This document shows, in pieces, positions 18,873-28,237 of a DNA stretch of 64,000 nt. A program made the translations under genes and the position numbers. The stretch comes from an uncultured Candidatus Saccharibacteria bacterium (GTDB lineage: Bacteria; Patescibacteriota; Saccharimonadia; Saccharimonadales; UBA10212): the NCBI GenBank assembly GCA_964460855.1, contig CAYWQH010000002.1, positions 71,506 to 135,505 of the forward strand, read 5' to 3'. Positions within the stretch are counted from its first letter, which is position 1, and every line of letters starts with the position of its first letter. The notes beneath the pieces were generated by a model. It ran no database searches and was not told the DNA's origin. It saw nothing but the letters and a program-made list of their open reading frames with translations.

Positions 18873-18873
18873 A

Positions 18874-20307
18874 ATGGCCGACAATCTTTGGGATCCGATT
18901 GCTGTTATTGCCGATAAAGTAAACAAAGGCGAATTAAAAGCCGCCGATTTGGTGAGCCGGTCGCTGGCAGCTATTGATGACAATCAGGATTACCGGGCAA
19001 TTATTAGCACCGTTGAGGAGCGGGCCAAACAACGCGCCACCGAAATTGACAAATTAACCGCCAAGGGCGAATCGGCCGGCAGGTTAGCTGGGGTACCTTT
19101 TATAGTCAAAGACAATTTCTTAACCGTTGGCGGCAAAACTACGGCGGCCAGCAATATTTTAAAACCGTTCGAAGCGCCCTACCAATCGTCAGCAATTGAA
19201 AAACTGGAAGCCGAGGGGGCGGTGTGCGTAGCCAAAGCTAATCTAGACGCCTTCGCCCATGGCAGCAGCACCGAAAACAGCGATTTTTTTGTTACTAAAA
19301 ACCCCCACGACACTAATTTTGTACCGGGCGGCAGTTCAGGCGGTTCGGCGGTAGCGGTGGTTTTGAATTTGGCGCCTTTCGCGATCGGAACGGATACTGG
19401 CGGTTCGGTGCGCCAGCCAGCCAGTTTATCCGGCTGTATCGGATACAAGCCAACTTACGGCCTGGTCAGCCGCAGCGGCGTGGTAGCCATGGCCAGCAGC
19501 ATGGACGTCATCGGGCCTTTAACTAAAACCGTTGATGATGCCGCGTTAGTATTGGATGTAATGAGCGGCAAAGACGCGCTGGACAGTACGACAATCGACC
19601 GAGACCCGGAATCTTATATACCAGCCGCAAAACACCCGCTTAGCTCCGTTAAATTCGGCGTAGTAAAAGAATATATGTCCGAAGGCCTGGAACCCGGCGT
19701 GCGCCAGTTTATAAACCAGGCCATAAGCAAAATTAAAGCTGCCGGCGGCCAAGTAGAAGAAGTCAGCCTGCCAAGTTTGCCGCTTGCCCTGGCTGTTTAT
19801 TATATTGTTTGCCCGGCAGAAGTCAGCAGTAACTTAAGCCGCTACGACGGCCAGCGTTTTGGCTACTTTGACCCCCAGGCCAATAATTTATTAGACAGTT
19901 ACGAACTAAGCCGCGAGCAAGGCTTTGGCACCGAAGCCAAACGCCGCATTATGATAGGAACTTATGTATTAAGCAGCGGCTATTATGATGCCTACTACAA
20001 AAAAGCCCAAAAAGTCCGCACCAAAATTATTAACGAATTTAACGGGGCTTTTAGCGAAGTGGATTTTTTGCTGGGCCCGACATCGCCGACGGTAGCTTTT
20101 AAAATAGGGGCTAACACCGGCGACCCCCTAAAAATGTACCTGGCCGACATCATGACTGTAGCCGCTAACATTTCCGGCATACCATCTATTAATATTCCCG
20201 CCGGTAAAGACGGCAAATTGCCTGTCGGCCTACAAGTAATGGCCAACCAACGCCGCGACCGCCAATTGCTTGGTATTTCAAAACAAATCGAAGGGCTGCT
20301 GCTATGA
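18874..20307 (+). CDS. gatA: Asp/Glu-tRNA amidotransferase subunit A
   Basis: The start is taken at ATG 18874 (MADNLWDP...), 2 nt after the gatC stop. The amidase signature GGSSGGSA and the Ser-cisSer-Lys context are present. Confidence 0.92.
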   Translation: MADNLWDPIAVIADKVNKGELKAADLVSRSLAAIDDNQDYRAIISTVEERAKQRATEIDKLTAKGESAGRLAGVPFIVKDNFLTVGGKTTAASNILKPFEAPYQSSAIEKLEAEGAVCVAKANLDAFAHGSSTENSDFFVTKNPHDTNFVPGGSSGGSAVAVVLNLAPFAIGTDTGGSVRQPASLSGCIGYKPTYGLVSRSGVVAMASSMDVIGPLTKTVDDAALVLDVMSGKDALDSTTIDRDPESYIPAAKHPLSSVKFGVVKEYMSEGLEPGVRQFINQAISKIKAAGGQVEEVSLPSLPLALAVYYIVCPAEVSSNLSRYDGQRFGYFDPQANNLLDSYELSREQGFGTEAKRRIMIGTYVLSSGYYDAYYKKAQKVRTKIINEFNGAFSEVDFLLGPTSPTVAFKIGANTGDPLKMYLADIMTVAANISGIPSINIPAGKDGKLPVGLQVMANQRRDRQLLGISKQIEGLLL

Positions 20308-20711
20308 CTTTGGGTTTTATTATCGCGGTTATTATTAGCGGGCTATTATTGTTGGCAATAATCGGCTTTACCGCCAAGCGCGTACCCCGCAAGCTCAACC
20401 AGGATTATTTCCAGAAGCGCTGGATGGAGCTGCTGGCAAAAGTAAAATCGCCAGAGGGAATGGTGCTGGCCGTAATCGACGCCGATAAACTGCTGGACAG
20501 CGCCCTTAAAAAGCGGCATTTCAAAGGCAAAACCATGGGTGAACGCCTGGTGTCTGCCCAGCGATTTATAAATGATAACGACTCGGTCTGGTATGCCCAT
20601 AAGCTGCGCAACCGGCTGGTCCATGAACCCGATGTCCGGCTAAAAGAGGCCGAAGCCAAGCAGGCATTAGGCGGTTTCCGCCAGGCGCTTAAAGACTTGG
20701 GGGCTTTGTAA
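20304..20711 (+). CDS. small membrane-anchored protein with HEPN-like RNxxxH motif
   Basis: 135 aa with an N-terminal TM helix and a helical C-terminal region containing AHKLRNRLVHE (R102..H107). It has an ATGA overlap with the gatA stop and a TAATG overlap with the gatB start. Confidence 0.6.
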   Translation: MTLGFIIAVIISGLLLLAIIGFTAKRVPRKLNQDYFQKRWMELLAKVKSPEGMVLAVIDADKLLDSALKKRHFKGKTMGERLVSAQRFINDNDSVWYAHKLRNRLVHEPDVRLKEAEAKQALGGFRQALKDLGAL

Positions 20712-22159
20712 TGGCTGGCGATAGCCAATATACGCCGACAATCGGTATCGAAACCCATGTGCAGCTTAAAACCGCTACTAAGTTGTTCGCGGCAGTCGGT
20801 AATGATGCCCGCGAGGCGCCGCCCAACAGTTTGATCAGCCATATTTGCGTCGGCATGCCCGGCGCGCTGCCCGTTTTAAACGCCGAAGCCGTGCACTTGG
20901 CCATCCGCGCCGGGGTTGCGCTACAAGCCAAAATAAATTCTTTCAGTAAATTCGAGCGCAAACATTATTTTTACCCGGACCTGCCAAAAGGCTACCAGAT
21001 AAGCCAGTACGAACAGCCGATAGTCGGCGAAGGCAAAGTTGAAATAATCGTCGATGGGAGCCCTAAAGAAATCGGCATTATCCGGGCCCATCTTGAAGAA
21101 GACGCCGGTAAAAATACCCATCCCGTCGGCGCCGACTACTCTTTAGTTGACCTAAACCGGGCCGGCACGCCGCTGCTGGAAATTGTCAGCCAACCCGACA
21201 TGCATAGCGCGGCCGAAGCCAAAGCTTATGCCCGTGAGCTGTATTTACTAATGAAGTTTGCAGGCGTCAGCGACTGCGACTTGTATTACGGAAATATGCG
21301 CTTTGACGTAAACGTAAGTGTCAGCGCCGACCCAAACCAGCTGGGAAAAAGGGCTGAAGTTAAGAATTTAAATAGCTTCCGAGCCGTCGAAAACGCCGTT
21401 AATTTCGAAATAAAACGGCAAATAGAAATACTAGAAAGTGGTCAGAGTGTTATCCAAGAGACCCGGGGCTGGGACGACGCCGCCCAAAAGACTACCTCTC
21501 AGCGCAATAAAGAAGAGGCTGAAGATTACCGCTATATGCCGGAACCGGACGTACCACCAATCGTTTTAGATGACGACAGTATCCACACGGCCCAGCAAGA
21601 AATTAAACTGCCCAGCCAATGGCGCCAGCAATTGGGCAGTTTAGGCTTGCCGGGCGCCCAAATAGAAACTTTATTGGATGCCCAAGTAGAATCGGATGGT
21701 AATAATTACCTGGAAATCGTATCCGCCGATGAACAAAGCGCCAAAGCCACGGCTAATAGCCTAATTAATACGGTGATCCCGGCTAGCCGTGAGGGTAAAG
21801 TAAAACTGCCGGTAAATGACTGGCCCAAACTTATTAAGTCGATAAGCCAAATTGGCGAGGCCGGTAAAATCAGCTCGTCCGGCGCCAAAGAATTAATGCT
21901 AAAAAGTTTAGCTGAAATTTCTTTGCCAGCAAATCTGGAGGAGTTCGGTTCTGAATATATACAAGTGTCGGACGAATCGGAAATAGACCGCATAGTGGCC
22001 GAAGTAATCAGCGAAAATGCCAAAGCCGCCGAAGACGTAAAAAACGGCGAAATGAAAGCAATCGGCTTTTTAACCGGCCAGGTAATGAAAAAATCCCAGG
22101 GCAAAGCCAACCCAGGGCTAGCCCAAGAGCTTATAAAAAAACAGCTTGGCATTAGCTAA
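20711..22159 (+). CDS. gatB: Asp/Glu-tRNA amidotransferase subunit B
   Basis: 482 aa with TIGIETHVQL, FERKHYFYPDLPKGYQISQ and a C-terminal GatB/YqeY domain. Confidence 0.92.
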   Translation: MAGDSQYTPTIGIETHVQLKTATKLFAAVGNDAREAPPNSLISHICVGMPGALPVLNAEAVHLAIRAGVALQAKINSFSKFERKHYFYPDLPKGYQISQYEQPIVGEGKVEIIVDGSPKEIGIIRAHLEEDAGKNTHPVGADYSLVDLNRAGTPLLEIVSQPDMHSAAEAKAYARELYLLMKFAGVSDCDLYYGNMRFDVNVSVSADPNQLGKRAEVKNLNSFRAVENAVNFEIKRQIEILESGQSVIQETRGWDDAAQKTTSQRNKEEAEDYRYMPEPDVPPIVLDDDSIHTAQQEIKLPSQWRQQLGSLGLPGAQIETLLDAQVESDGNNYLEIVSADEQSAKATANSLINTVIPASREGKVKLPVNDWPKLIKSISQIGEAGKISSSGAKELMLKSLAEISLPANLEEFGSEYIQVSDESEIDRIVAEVISENAKAAEDVKNGEMKAIGFLTGQVMKKSQGKANPGLAQELIKKQLGIS

Positions 22160-22176
22160 GCCGTAAAATACTTTAC

Positions 22177-22204
22177 TTGCTTAGTTCAATAGTAGGGATA
22201 TACT
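22177..22204 (+). promoter_or_regulatory. putative promoter TTGCTT-16-TATACT, leaderless geometry
   Basis: The -10 box ends 6 nt before ATG 22211. Confidence 0.45.
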
Positions 22205-22210
22205 AAAAGC

Positions 22211-22477
22211 ATGAATGTTACAACTACTGAGCAATGGTTGCTGATAATTTTATCAGCAGCCCTGGCCGTATTCCTGATACTCGGCATTACGGTTTTAATT
22301 TACACGGTACAAATTATGCAGCGGTTAAAGCGTGTTGCCGAACGGGCAGAGGATATTGCCGACAGCGTTGAAGAAACGGCCGAGATGTTCCGTAAAGGCA
22401 GCGGCCCGGTATCTTTCATTAAAGTTATCGCCCAGATAATTAACGCCGCTAAAAAGAATGACAAGGATCGTAAATAA
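22211..22477 (+). CDS. small membrane protein (DUF948-like)
   Basis: 88 aa with one N-terminal TM helix followed by an amphipathic helix. TTGCTT-16-TATACT ends 6 nt before the ATG. Confidence 0.5.
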   Translation: MNVTTTEQWLLIILSAALAVFLILGITVLIYTVQIMQRLKRVAERAEDIADSVEETAEMFRKGSGPVSFIKVIAQIINAAKKNDKDRK

Positions 22478-22486
22478 AGGAGGTAT

Positions 22487-22903
22487 ATGATGCGCGACCG
22501 TAATAAACATGTGGGCCGAAATGTAGCCCTTGGCGCTGCCATAGCCGGTATTGCCGGTTATTTGGCAGGTGTGCTGACCGCTCCAAAAAGCGGTAAAGAA
22601 ACACGTAAAGACATAACCGAAGCAGCCAGTAAGGCCAGGAGACAAGCCGAACAGAAAATTACAGACTTGCGTCTGGAGCTGGACTCGGTGATTACCAAAG
22701 CTAAAACACAGGCCGTCGATATGAATGCCAGCGCCCGTAAAGAATTGGCTGCCGCGCTTGATAAAGCCCAGGACGCCAAAGACAAAGCCCGCCAAGTTAT
22801 GAACGCCTTGCGAGGCGGAGACGCGGACGATCCGGAACTGGACGACGCTATCAAAGAATTGCGCGAAGCTATCGATCATCTGTCAGAATTTATAAAGAAA
22901 TAG
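22487..22903 (+). CDS. YtxH-like general-stress-type protein
   Basis: 138 aa. AGGAGG lies upstream. A Gly/Ala-rich N-terminal anchor is followed by APKSGKETRKD and a long charged helix, as in YtxH-domain proteins. Confidence 0.6.
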   Translation: MMRDRNKHVGRNVALGAAIAGIAGYLAGVLTAPKSGKETRKDITEAASKARRQAEQKITDLRLELDSVITKAKTQAVDMNASARKELAAALDKAQDAKDKARQVMNALRGGDADDPELDDAIKELREAIDHLSEFIKK

Positions 22904-22960
22904 CCACTACAATTAGCTATAATAAATAGGTAACCGCAAACGCGAGGGCAACTATTTATT

Positions 22961-25900
22961 ATGTCAGCAAAAACAGACAATTCACCTCTGTTAGCAGGTG
23001 ACTTTGTGCACTTGCACAACCATACCCAATACAGCCTGCTGGACGGCCTGACTAAGGTGCCGGAACTTATTGATTATGTTAAGCAGGCCGGTATGGATGC
23101 TGTAGCTATTACCGACCACGGAACCATGAGCGGCGTCGTGGAATTTTATAAAACGGCTAAAGCCGAAGGTATAAAACCAGTTATCGGCATAGAAGCTTAT
23201 ATAGCCCCGCGCAGCCACCACGACCGCGACCCCAACAAAGATAAAAATTACTTCCACCTAACCATGCTGGCCATGAACCAGACAGGCTACTTGAATTTGA
23301 TGCGCTTGTCTACGTTAGCTAACTTGGAAGGCTTTTATTACAAGCCGCGCATTGACCACGAATTAATTGAAAAGTACAACGAAGGCATCATCGTTTTGTC
23401 GGGCTGTATCGGCGGCGAAGTAGCAGACGCATTGCGCCAAAACCAATACGACAAGGCTAAGGCAACAGCCAGTTGGTATAAGCAAGTTTTTGGCGACCGT
23501 TACTATATCGAGCTGCAAGACCATGGCCACCCCGACCATCCCAGCAGCTGGATCGAACAAAACCGGGTGAATGACCAGTTATTAAAACTGTCAACAGATT
23601 TAAAGATTCCGGCGGTTGTTACATGCGATGCACATTACTTAAAACTGGAGGACCAAGAAGCGCATGAAGTGCTGTTGTGTGTCCAAACCGGCGCCTATTT
23701 AAGCGACGAAAACCGCATGAGCTTAAAACAATTCCACTTAAATGTCGCCGACCCTAAAGAAGTAATAAAACGCTGGGGCAATAGCCATCCGGAACTAATC
23801 CGCACCAGCAAAAAAATTGCCGGGCGCTGCAATGTAGAACTGGAGCTTGGGGGCATATTAATCCCGAAGTTTCCGCTGCCTAAAGGCGAAACCGAACAGC
23901 ACTTTTTAACTCTACAAGTGTGGCAGGGCTTGGCCTGGCGTTACGGCGGCGTAAGCCGCAACGACGCTTTAAAAATGGGTATCGAAGCCAGCCGTAAAAA
24001 GCTCAGCCCGGAAGTTATAACCCGTGCCGAGTTCGAGCTAAAGACCATTAACAGCATGGGTTTTGACAGTTATATGCTTATTGTCGCCGATTTTATAAAT
24101 TGGGGCAAAGACCGCGGCATAGTTTTTGGGCCGGGGCGGGGTAGTGCCGCCGGATCTATCGTGGCCTACGCCTTGCGCATTACCGAGTTGGATCCTATCG
24201 CCTATGATTTGCTTTTTGAAAGATTTTTAAACCCCGACCGCATCGCCATGCCCGATATCGATATTGATATCCAGGACTCCCGCCGCGACGAAGTAATACA
24301 GTATTGCATCGAAAAATACGGCAAAGAGCAAGTTGCTAATATTGTAACTTTCGGCCGGATGGCCGCCCGCAACGCCGTGCGCGACGTAGCTAGGGTGCTG
24401 CAAGTGCCTTATGCCGAAGCCGACCGCATTGCCAAGCTCATTCCGCCGCCCATCCAGGGCCGCCACATTCCATTAAGAAAGTCTCTGGAAACCGATAACG
24501 AACTCAAAAAAGAAGAGGCCACTAACCAGCAGGCCGCCCGTGTTTTTGAGCTGGCCTCAAGGCTGGAAATGACCATCCGCAGCCACGGCGTGCATGCCGC
24601 CGGCGTAGTAATAACCCCTGACGAAATCGTAAAGTATACGCCGCTGGAACTGGCCCAAAAAGGCGTTATAGCCACCCAATACTCGATGTTTCCGATTGAG
24701 GAGCTGGGCCTGCTTAAAATGGACTTTTTAGGCCTGTCCAACTTAACAATCATTAAAAATGCCCTGCGGATTATTAAAAAAGTCGAAGGTAAAGATATTG
24801 ATATAACTGAGATACCCCTGGACGATAAAAAAACTTTCGAGCTACTGCAGCGCGGCGAAACCACGGGCGTGTTTCAGTTGGAATCGGCTGGAATGCGCCG
24901 TTATTTAAAGCAGCTCAAGCCGACGGTGTTTGATGACGTAATCGCCATGGTGGCCCTATACCGGCCGGGGCCGATGCAGTGGATAGAAGAATTTATCGCC
25001 CGAAAAAACGGCGAGCGGGCCATTAATTTTCTTCACCCGGCTATGGAGCCGGCCGTCCAAAATACTTACGGGCTGATAGTTTACCAGGAACAGGTCATGC
25101 AGATCAGCAAAGAAATGTGCGGCTTTACCGGCGGCCAAGCCGATACCCTACGCAAAGCTATCGGCAAAAAACTGCCGGAAGTGATGGCTAAATTAAAAAG
25201 TGAGTTTATTGAAGGCGCGGTCAATACCGTAAGTGCCGAGCGCCCCCTAATGGACCAGCTTTGGAAGCAGCTCGAAGACTTCGCAGCTTATTGTTTTAAC
25301 AAAAGCCATGCCGCTTGTTACGGGCTGATTGCCTACCAAACGGCCTATTTAAAAGCCCACTATCCAGCTGCGTTTATGGCTGCCGTTATGACCAGTGATT
25401 TTGACAATACCGACCGACTGGCCATCGAAATTGCCGAGTGCAAGCATATGGGCATGGAAGTTTTACCGCCTGACGTTAACGAATCGTTCCACGAGTTCGC
25501 AGTTGTACCGGGCGAAAACCAAATCCGTTTCGGCCTGGACGCCATCAAAAACGTTGGCCACGGAGCAGCCGAAGAAGTAATCAGGGCCCGCGACAGTTTG
25601 GAAGGCTCATTCGAGTCGATCGAGCAGTTTTTAACCCACGTTAATTGCCACATCGTTAACCGCAAAGCCTTGGAAAGCCTGGTAAAAAGCGGCGCGCTAG
25701 ACCGCTTTAAGCCCCGCGAAACTTTAATGGACAACCTTGACGTTATGATCCAGTTCGCCAACCGTATGCAAAAAGAAGTGGCCAGCGGCCAAGTCGATTT
25801 ATTCGGTAATTCTACGGAAGCATTGCCCGAAATGGCGCCGCAAATATATTGGGAAAACACCGGCCATGAATATTCATCGCGCGAGATCCTAACCTGGGAA

Positions 25901-26593
25901 CGCGATTTGCTGGGGCTTTATTTAAGCCAACACCCGCTGGAAGCTTATACCTCGTTCTTAGAAGAACAGGCCATGCCGTTGGTCGAATTGAACGCCGAAA
26001 TGGACAACAAAACGGTAGTTGTAGCCGGCAGCATTATGGAAAAGCGCGAAATAAACACTAAAAATGGCGCTAAAATGGCTTTTGTTAAAATCGGCGATAA
26101 CGGCGGCGAAATCGAATTGATAATTTTCCCTAAAGTTTATGCCGAAGTCAGCTCCTGGCTGGAGCGAGACCAAGTCGTGTTGGTATCCGGCAAACTTAAC
26201 GCCAAAGACCGCGACGGCGCTGTTACAACTGATATAAAAGTATTAGTGGATACCATACGCGAAGTTACCGTTGACGAGGCCCAAAATTATAAGCCGCAAG
26301 GCCAAAAACAAAAAATACCCAAAAGCAAAGCTAAAAAGCCAAGAGTAGCTGCGGAGGATAACGCTTTGCCGGAGCGGCTGTATATCCGCGTCGAAGACAA
26401 CCAGAACCACGACTTGCTAGTTGCTTTAAAACAAAAACTGGACAGTCACCAGGGCGAAACTGAGGTAGTTTTGGTTACCGGCCCGCCCAGCCAAAAACAA
26501 ATTATCCGGTTGCCGCAGCGAATCGCCGCCACAGACGATTGCGTAACTGAACTGCACGCCATATTCGGCCAGCCCAACATAGTTTTAAAATAG
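22961..26593 (+). CDS. dnaE: DNA polymerase III alpha subunit
   Basis: 1210 aa with an N-terminal PHP domain (FVHLHNHTQYSLLDG), the polymerase core (PDIDIDI), HhH motifs and an OB fold. Confidence 0.95.
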   Translation: MSAKTDNSPLLAGDFVHLHNHTQYSLLDGLTKVPELIDYVKQAGMDAVAITDHGTMSGVVEFYKTAKAEGIKPVIGIEAYIAPRSHHDRDPNKDKNYFHLTMLAMNQTGYLNLMRLSTLANLEGFYYKPRIDHELIEKYNEGIIVLSGCIGGEVADALRQNQYDKAKATASWYKQVFGDRYYIELQDHGHPDHPSSWIEQNRVNDQLLKLSTDLKIPAVVTCDAHYLKLEDQEAHEVLLCVQTGAYLSDENRMSLKQFHLNVADPKEVIKRWGNSHPELIRTSKKIAGRCNVELELGGILIPKFPLPKGETEQHFLTLQVWQGLAWRYGGVSRNDALKMGIEASRKKLSPEVITRAEFELKTINSMGFDSYMLIVADFINWGKDRGIVFGPGRGSAAGSIVAYALRITELDPIAYDLLFERFLNPDRIAMPDIDIDIQDSRRDEVIQYCIEKYGKEQVANIVTFGRMAARNAVRDVARVLQVPYAEADRIAKLIPPPIQGRHIPLRKSLETDNELKKEEATNQQAARVFELASRLEMTIRSHGVHAAGVVITPDEIVKYTPLELAQKGVIATQYSMFPIEELGLLKMDFLGLSNLTIIKNALRIIKKVEGKDIDITEIPLDDKKTFELLQRGETTGVFQLESAGMRRYLKQLKPTVFDDVIAMVALYRPGPMQWIEEFIARKNGERAINFLHPAMEPAVQNTYGLIVYQEQVMQISKEMCGFTGGQADTLRKAIGKKLPEVMAKLKSEFIEGAVNTVSAERPLMDQLWKQLEDFAAYCFNKSHAACYGLIAYQTAYLKAHYPAAFMAAVMTSDFDNTDRLAIEIAECKHMGMEVLPPDVNESFHEFAVVPGENQIRFGLDAIKNVGHGAAEEVIRARDSLEGSFESIEQFLTHVNCHIVNRKALESLVKSGALDRFKPRETLMDNLDVMIQFANRMQKEVASGQVDLFGNSTEALPEMAPQIYWENTGHEYSSREILTWERDLLGLYLSQHPLEAYTSFLEEQAMPLVELNAEMDNKTVVVAGSIMEKREINTKNGAKMAFVKIGDNGGEIELIIFPKVYAEVSSWLERDQVVLVSGKLNAKDRDGAVTTDIKVLVDTIREVTVDEAQNYKPQGQKQKIPKSKAKKPRVAAEDNALPERLYIRVEDNQNHDLLVALKQKLDSHQGETEVVLVTGPPSQKQIIRLPQRIAATDDCVTELHAIFGQPNIVLK

Positions 26594-27664
26594 CTATTGG
26601 ATTAGGCCAACGGTTTGGCCGGTCAAATACAAAATGATTGCCAAGCTAAGCACAACTATATCCAGGGCGGGGTGTTTTAATACCCACTTTTCGCCCTTTT
26701 TGAAGGCCCGACGAAGGGTGATGAAATGGCGGGCGGCCCATAAGCCGAGCAAGCATACAATCAATAGCACCGAAAAGCTGCTGGCTGTTCTAACCGGCGC
26801 CGAATCACCCAAGCTTAATTGCATTCGGCTGACTTTTTTGGTTTGAACATCCGATGGCACTGCCGAAGCGGTTGTCACAGGGGTGGTAGTTGTTTCCGTT
26901 TTTTTCTCAGGTGGGGCGCTTGCCGCCGGGGCCGAGCCGGGCGCCGTAACCGTATCCTGGTTAGCCGTTGGCGGTTTTACTGTGGCAGTCGAAGCTGGCG
27001 GGGCTGTATTACTAGAGGTAGATGCCTTTGTCACGGGCGGTGGCGGCGGAGGAGGGGTACTCGGCTCACCGTAATATGCCACTACTATTGTCATCGGGCC
27101 GCCGCCGGCTGATGTATAGTTGGCATTATTGGCAAACCCGAAACCAACTTGGCTAAACGCCGGGTCCAGCATATTTTCGCGGTGCGCCGGGCTGTTCATC
27201 CAGCCGGTGATCGTGGCATTTTCGTCGGCAAAGCCGGCTGCCAGGTTTTCGCCGATTTTTAAATAACTATAGCCTTGGGCGGTTACGAAGACCCAAGGCG
27301 GGTTGCCTTCGGGTGTATTGTGGCTCCAATAATTTCGGGCAGCCATGTCGTTGGCTTTAGCTTGGGCGGCGGCGTCTAATTTATCATTTAGCCCCAGGGC
27401 GGCAACGCCATTGGCGCCGCGTTGGGTATTGGTGGCGCTCAGTAAGCCGCCAACGCTCATAGTTGTAGCATAAGAAAGCACGCTGCCGCTGATTTGCGCA
27501 TAACCGCTCTTCGCAGCGCTGAACACTAAGCTTACGGCAATAAACAGTACAACCGGCAAGTATGGCCAATACACCCGCTCGAAAGCTTGTTTACTGACTT
27601 TTTTGGGGCGGTGGTTGGACCGGTGGTGCTTTAGCGTGTGCCTAGTTTTTGTTTTAGCAAGCAC
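26594..27664 (-). CDS. CAP/SCP (PR-1-like) domain membrane protein with Pro/Thr-rich linker
   Basis: 356 aa with an N-terminal TM and a CAP domain (NYWSHNTPEG...GENLA...GWMNSPAHRENML). A PPPPPPP plus T/S/A/P-rich stretch follows, then two C-terminal TM helices. Confidence 0.75.
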   Translation of the reverse strand: MLAKTKTRHTLKHHRSNHRPKKVSKQAFERVYWPYLPVVLFIAVSLVFSAAKSGYAQISGSVLSYATTMSVGGLLSATNTQRGANGVAALGLNDKLDAAAQAKANDMAARNYWSHNTPEGNPPWVFVTAQGYSYLKIGENLAAGFADENATITGWMNSPAHRENMLDPAFSQVGFGFANNANYTSAGGGPMTIVVAYYGEPSTPPPPPPPVTKASTSSNTAPPASTATVKPPTANQDTVTAPGSAPAASAPPEKKTETTTTPVTTASAVPSDVQTKKVSRMQLSLGDSAPVRTASSFSVLLIVCLLGLWAARHFITLRRAFKKGEKWVLKHPALDIVVLSLAIILYLTGQTVGLIQ

Positions 27665-27695
27665 AAGCTTATTAAATAGCAGTTTTGACGTAATT

Positions 27696-28208
27696 TCAAG
27701 TTATGGCCAGCCGCAACTGGTATACGGCTATGGCTGCCGCGGCGGCCACATTATAAGATTCTTTGCGCCCGTACATCGGTATTTCAAGCAATACCTCGCA
27801 TTTTACTAATAATTCTTTAGGTATGCCGGACGTTTCTTCGCCTAACAACAGAGCTATTTTCTCCGGCGGCTTAAAGCTTCTAATATCCAGGCTGGCAGTT
27901 GTATTTTCCAAACCGGCTAGCATAAAACCAGATCGCTGTATAAGGTCAAAAGCCTCACCCGGCGTTTCGAAATGCTGCCAGTCTGCTAGTTTTTCGGCGC
28001 CCAGGGCTGTTTTACTTATTTGGTCGTTGGCCCTTTGGGCGACGTAGGGTAAGCGGCGGTCATTTGTCTTTTTAGGGTAAGGAGTATAACCGCTGAACAA
28101 TATTTTTTGGACGCCTAAGCCCTCTGCCGTGCGCATTATCGCGCCAACATTATGGGCCGAGCGGATATTATGCAGCCATAACCAAATTTCGGGGTTTAAA
28201 TGCGCCAT
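27696..28208 (-). CDS. SpoU/TrmH-family RNA 2'-O-methyltransferase
   Basis: 170 aa with NVGAIMRTAEG, LLLGEETSGIP and IPMYG..ESYNVAAAAAIA (SPOUT knot motifs). Confidence 0.8.
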   Translation of the reverse strand: MAHLNPEIWLWLHNIRSAHNVGAIMRTAEGLGVQKILFSGYTPYPKKTNDRRLPYVAQRANDQISKTALGAEKLADWQHFETPGEAFDLIQRSGFMLAGLENTTASLDIRSFKPPEKIALLLGEETSGIPKELLVKCEVLLEIPMYGRKESYNVAAAAAIAVYQLRLAIT

Positions 28209-28237
28209 ATGTGCTTTTGGTTTATACTTATGCTTAT

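Noticed and set aside
18763-18873. An upstream extension of the gatA ORF (514 aa in the track) overlapping gatC.
   Set aside because: The extension overlaps 110 nt of gatC in another frame and has non-protein-like composition. The conserved GatA N-terminus begins at ATG 18874, right after the gatC stop.
26819-27112. Gly/Arg-rich plus-strand ORFs and a GGCGGCGGAGGAGG low-complexity run.
   Set aside because: This is the reverse complement of the poly-Pro/Thr linker of the CAP-domain gene, not an independent gene or a repeat element.
28211-28237. A nine-codon N-terminal extension of the PilB/GspE ORF.
   Set aside because: The extension begins 3 nt from the divergent spoU start and contains the TATACT -10 box. 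ATG 28238 gives a sensible N-terminus.
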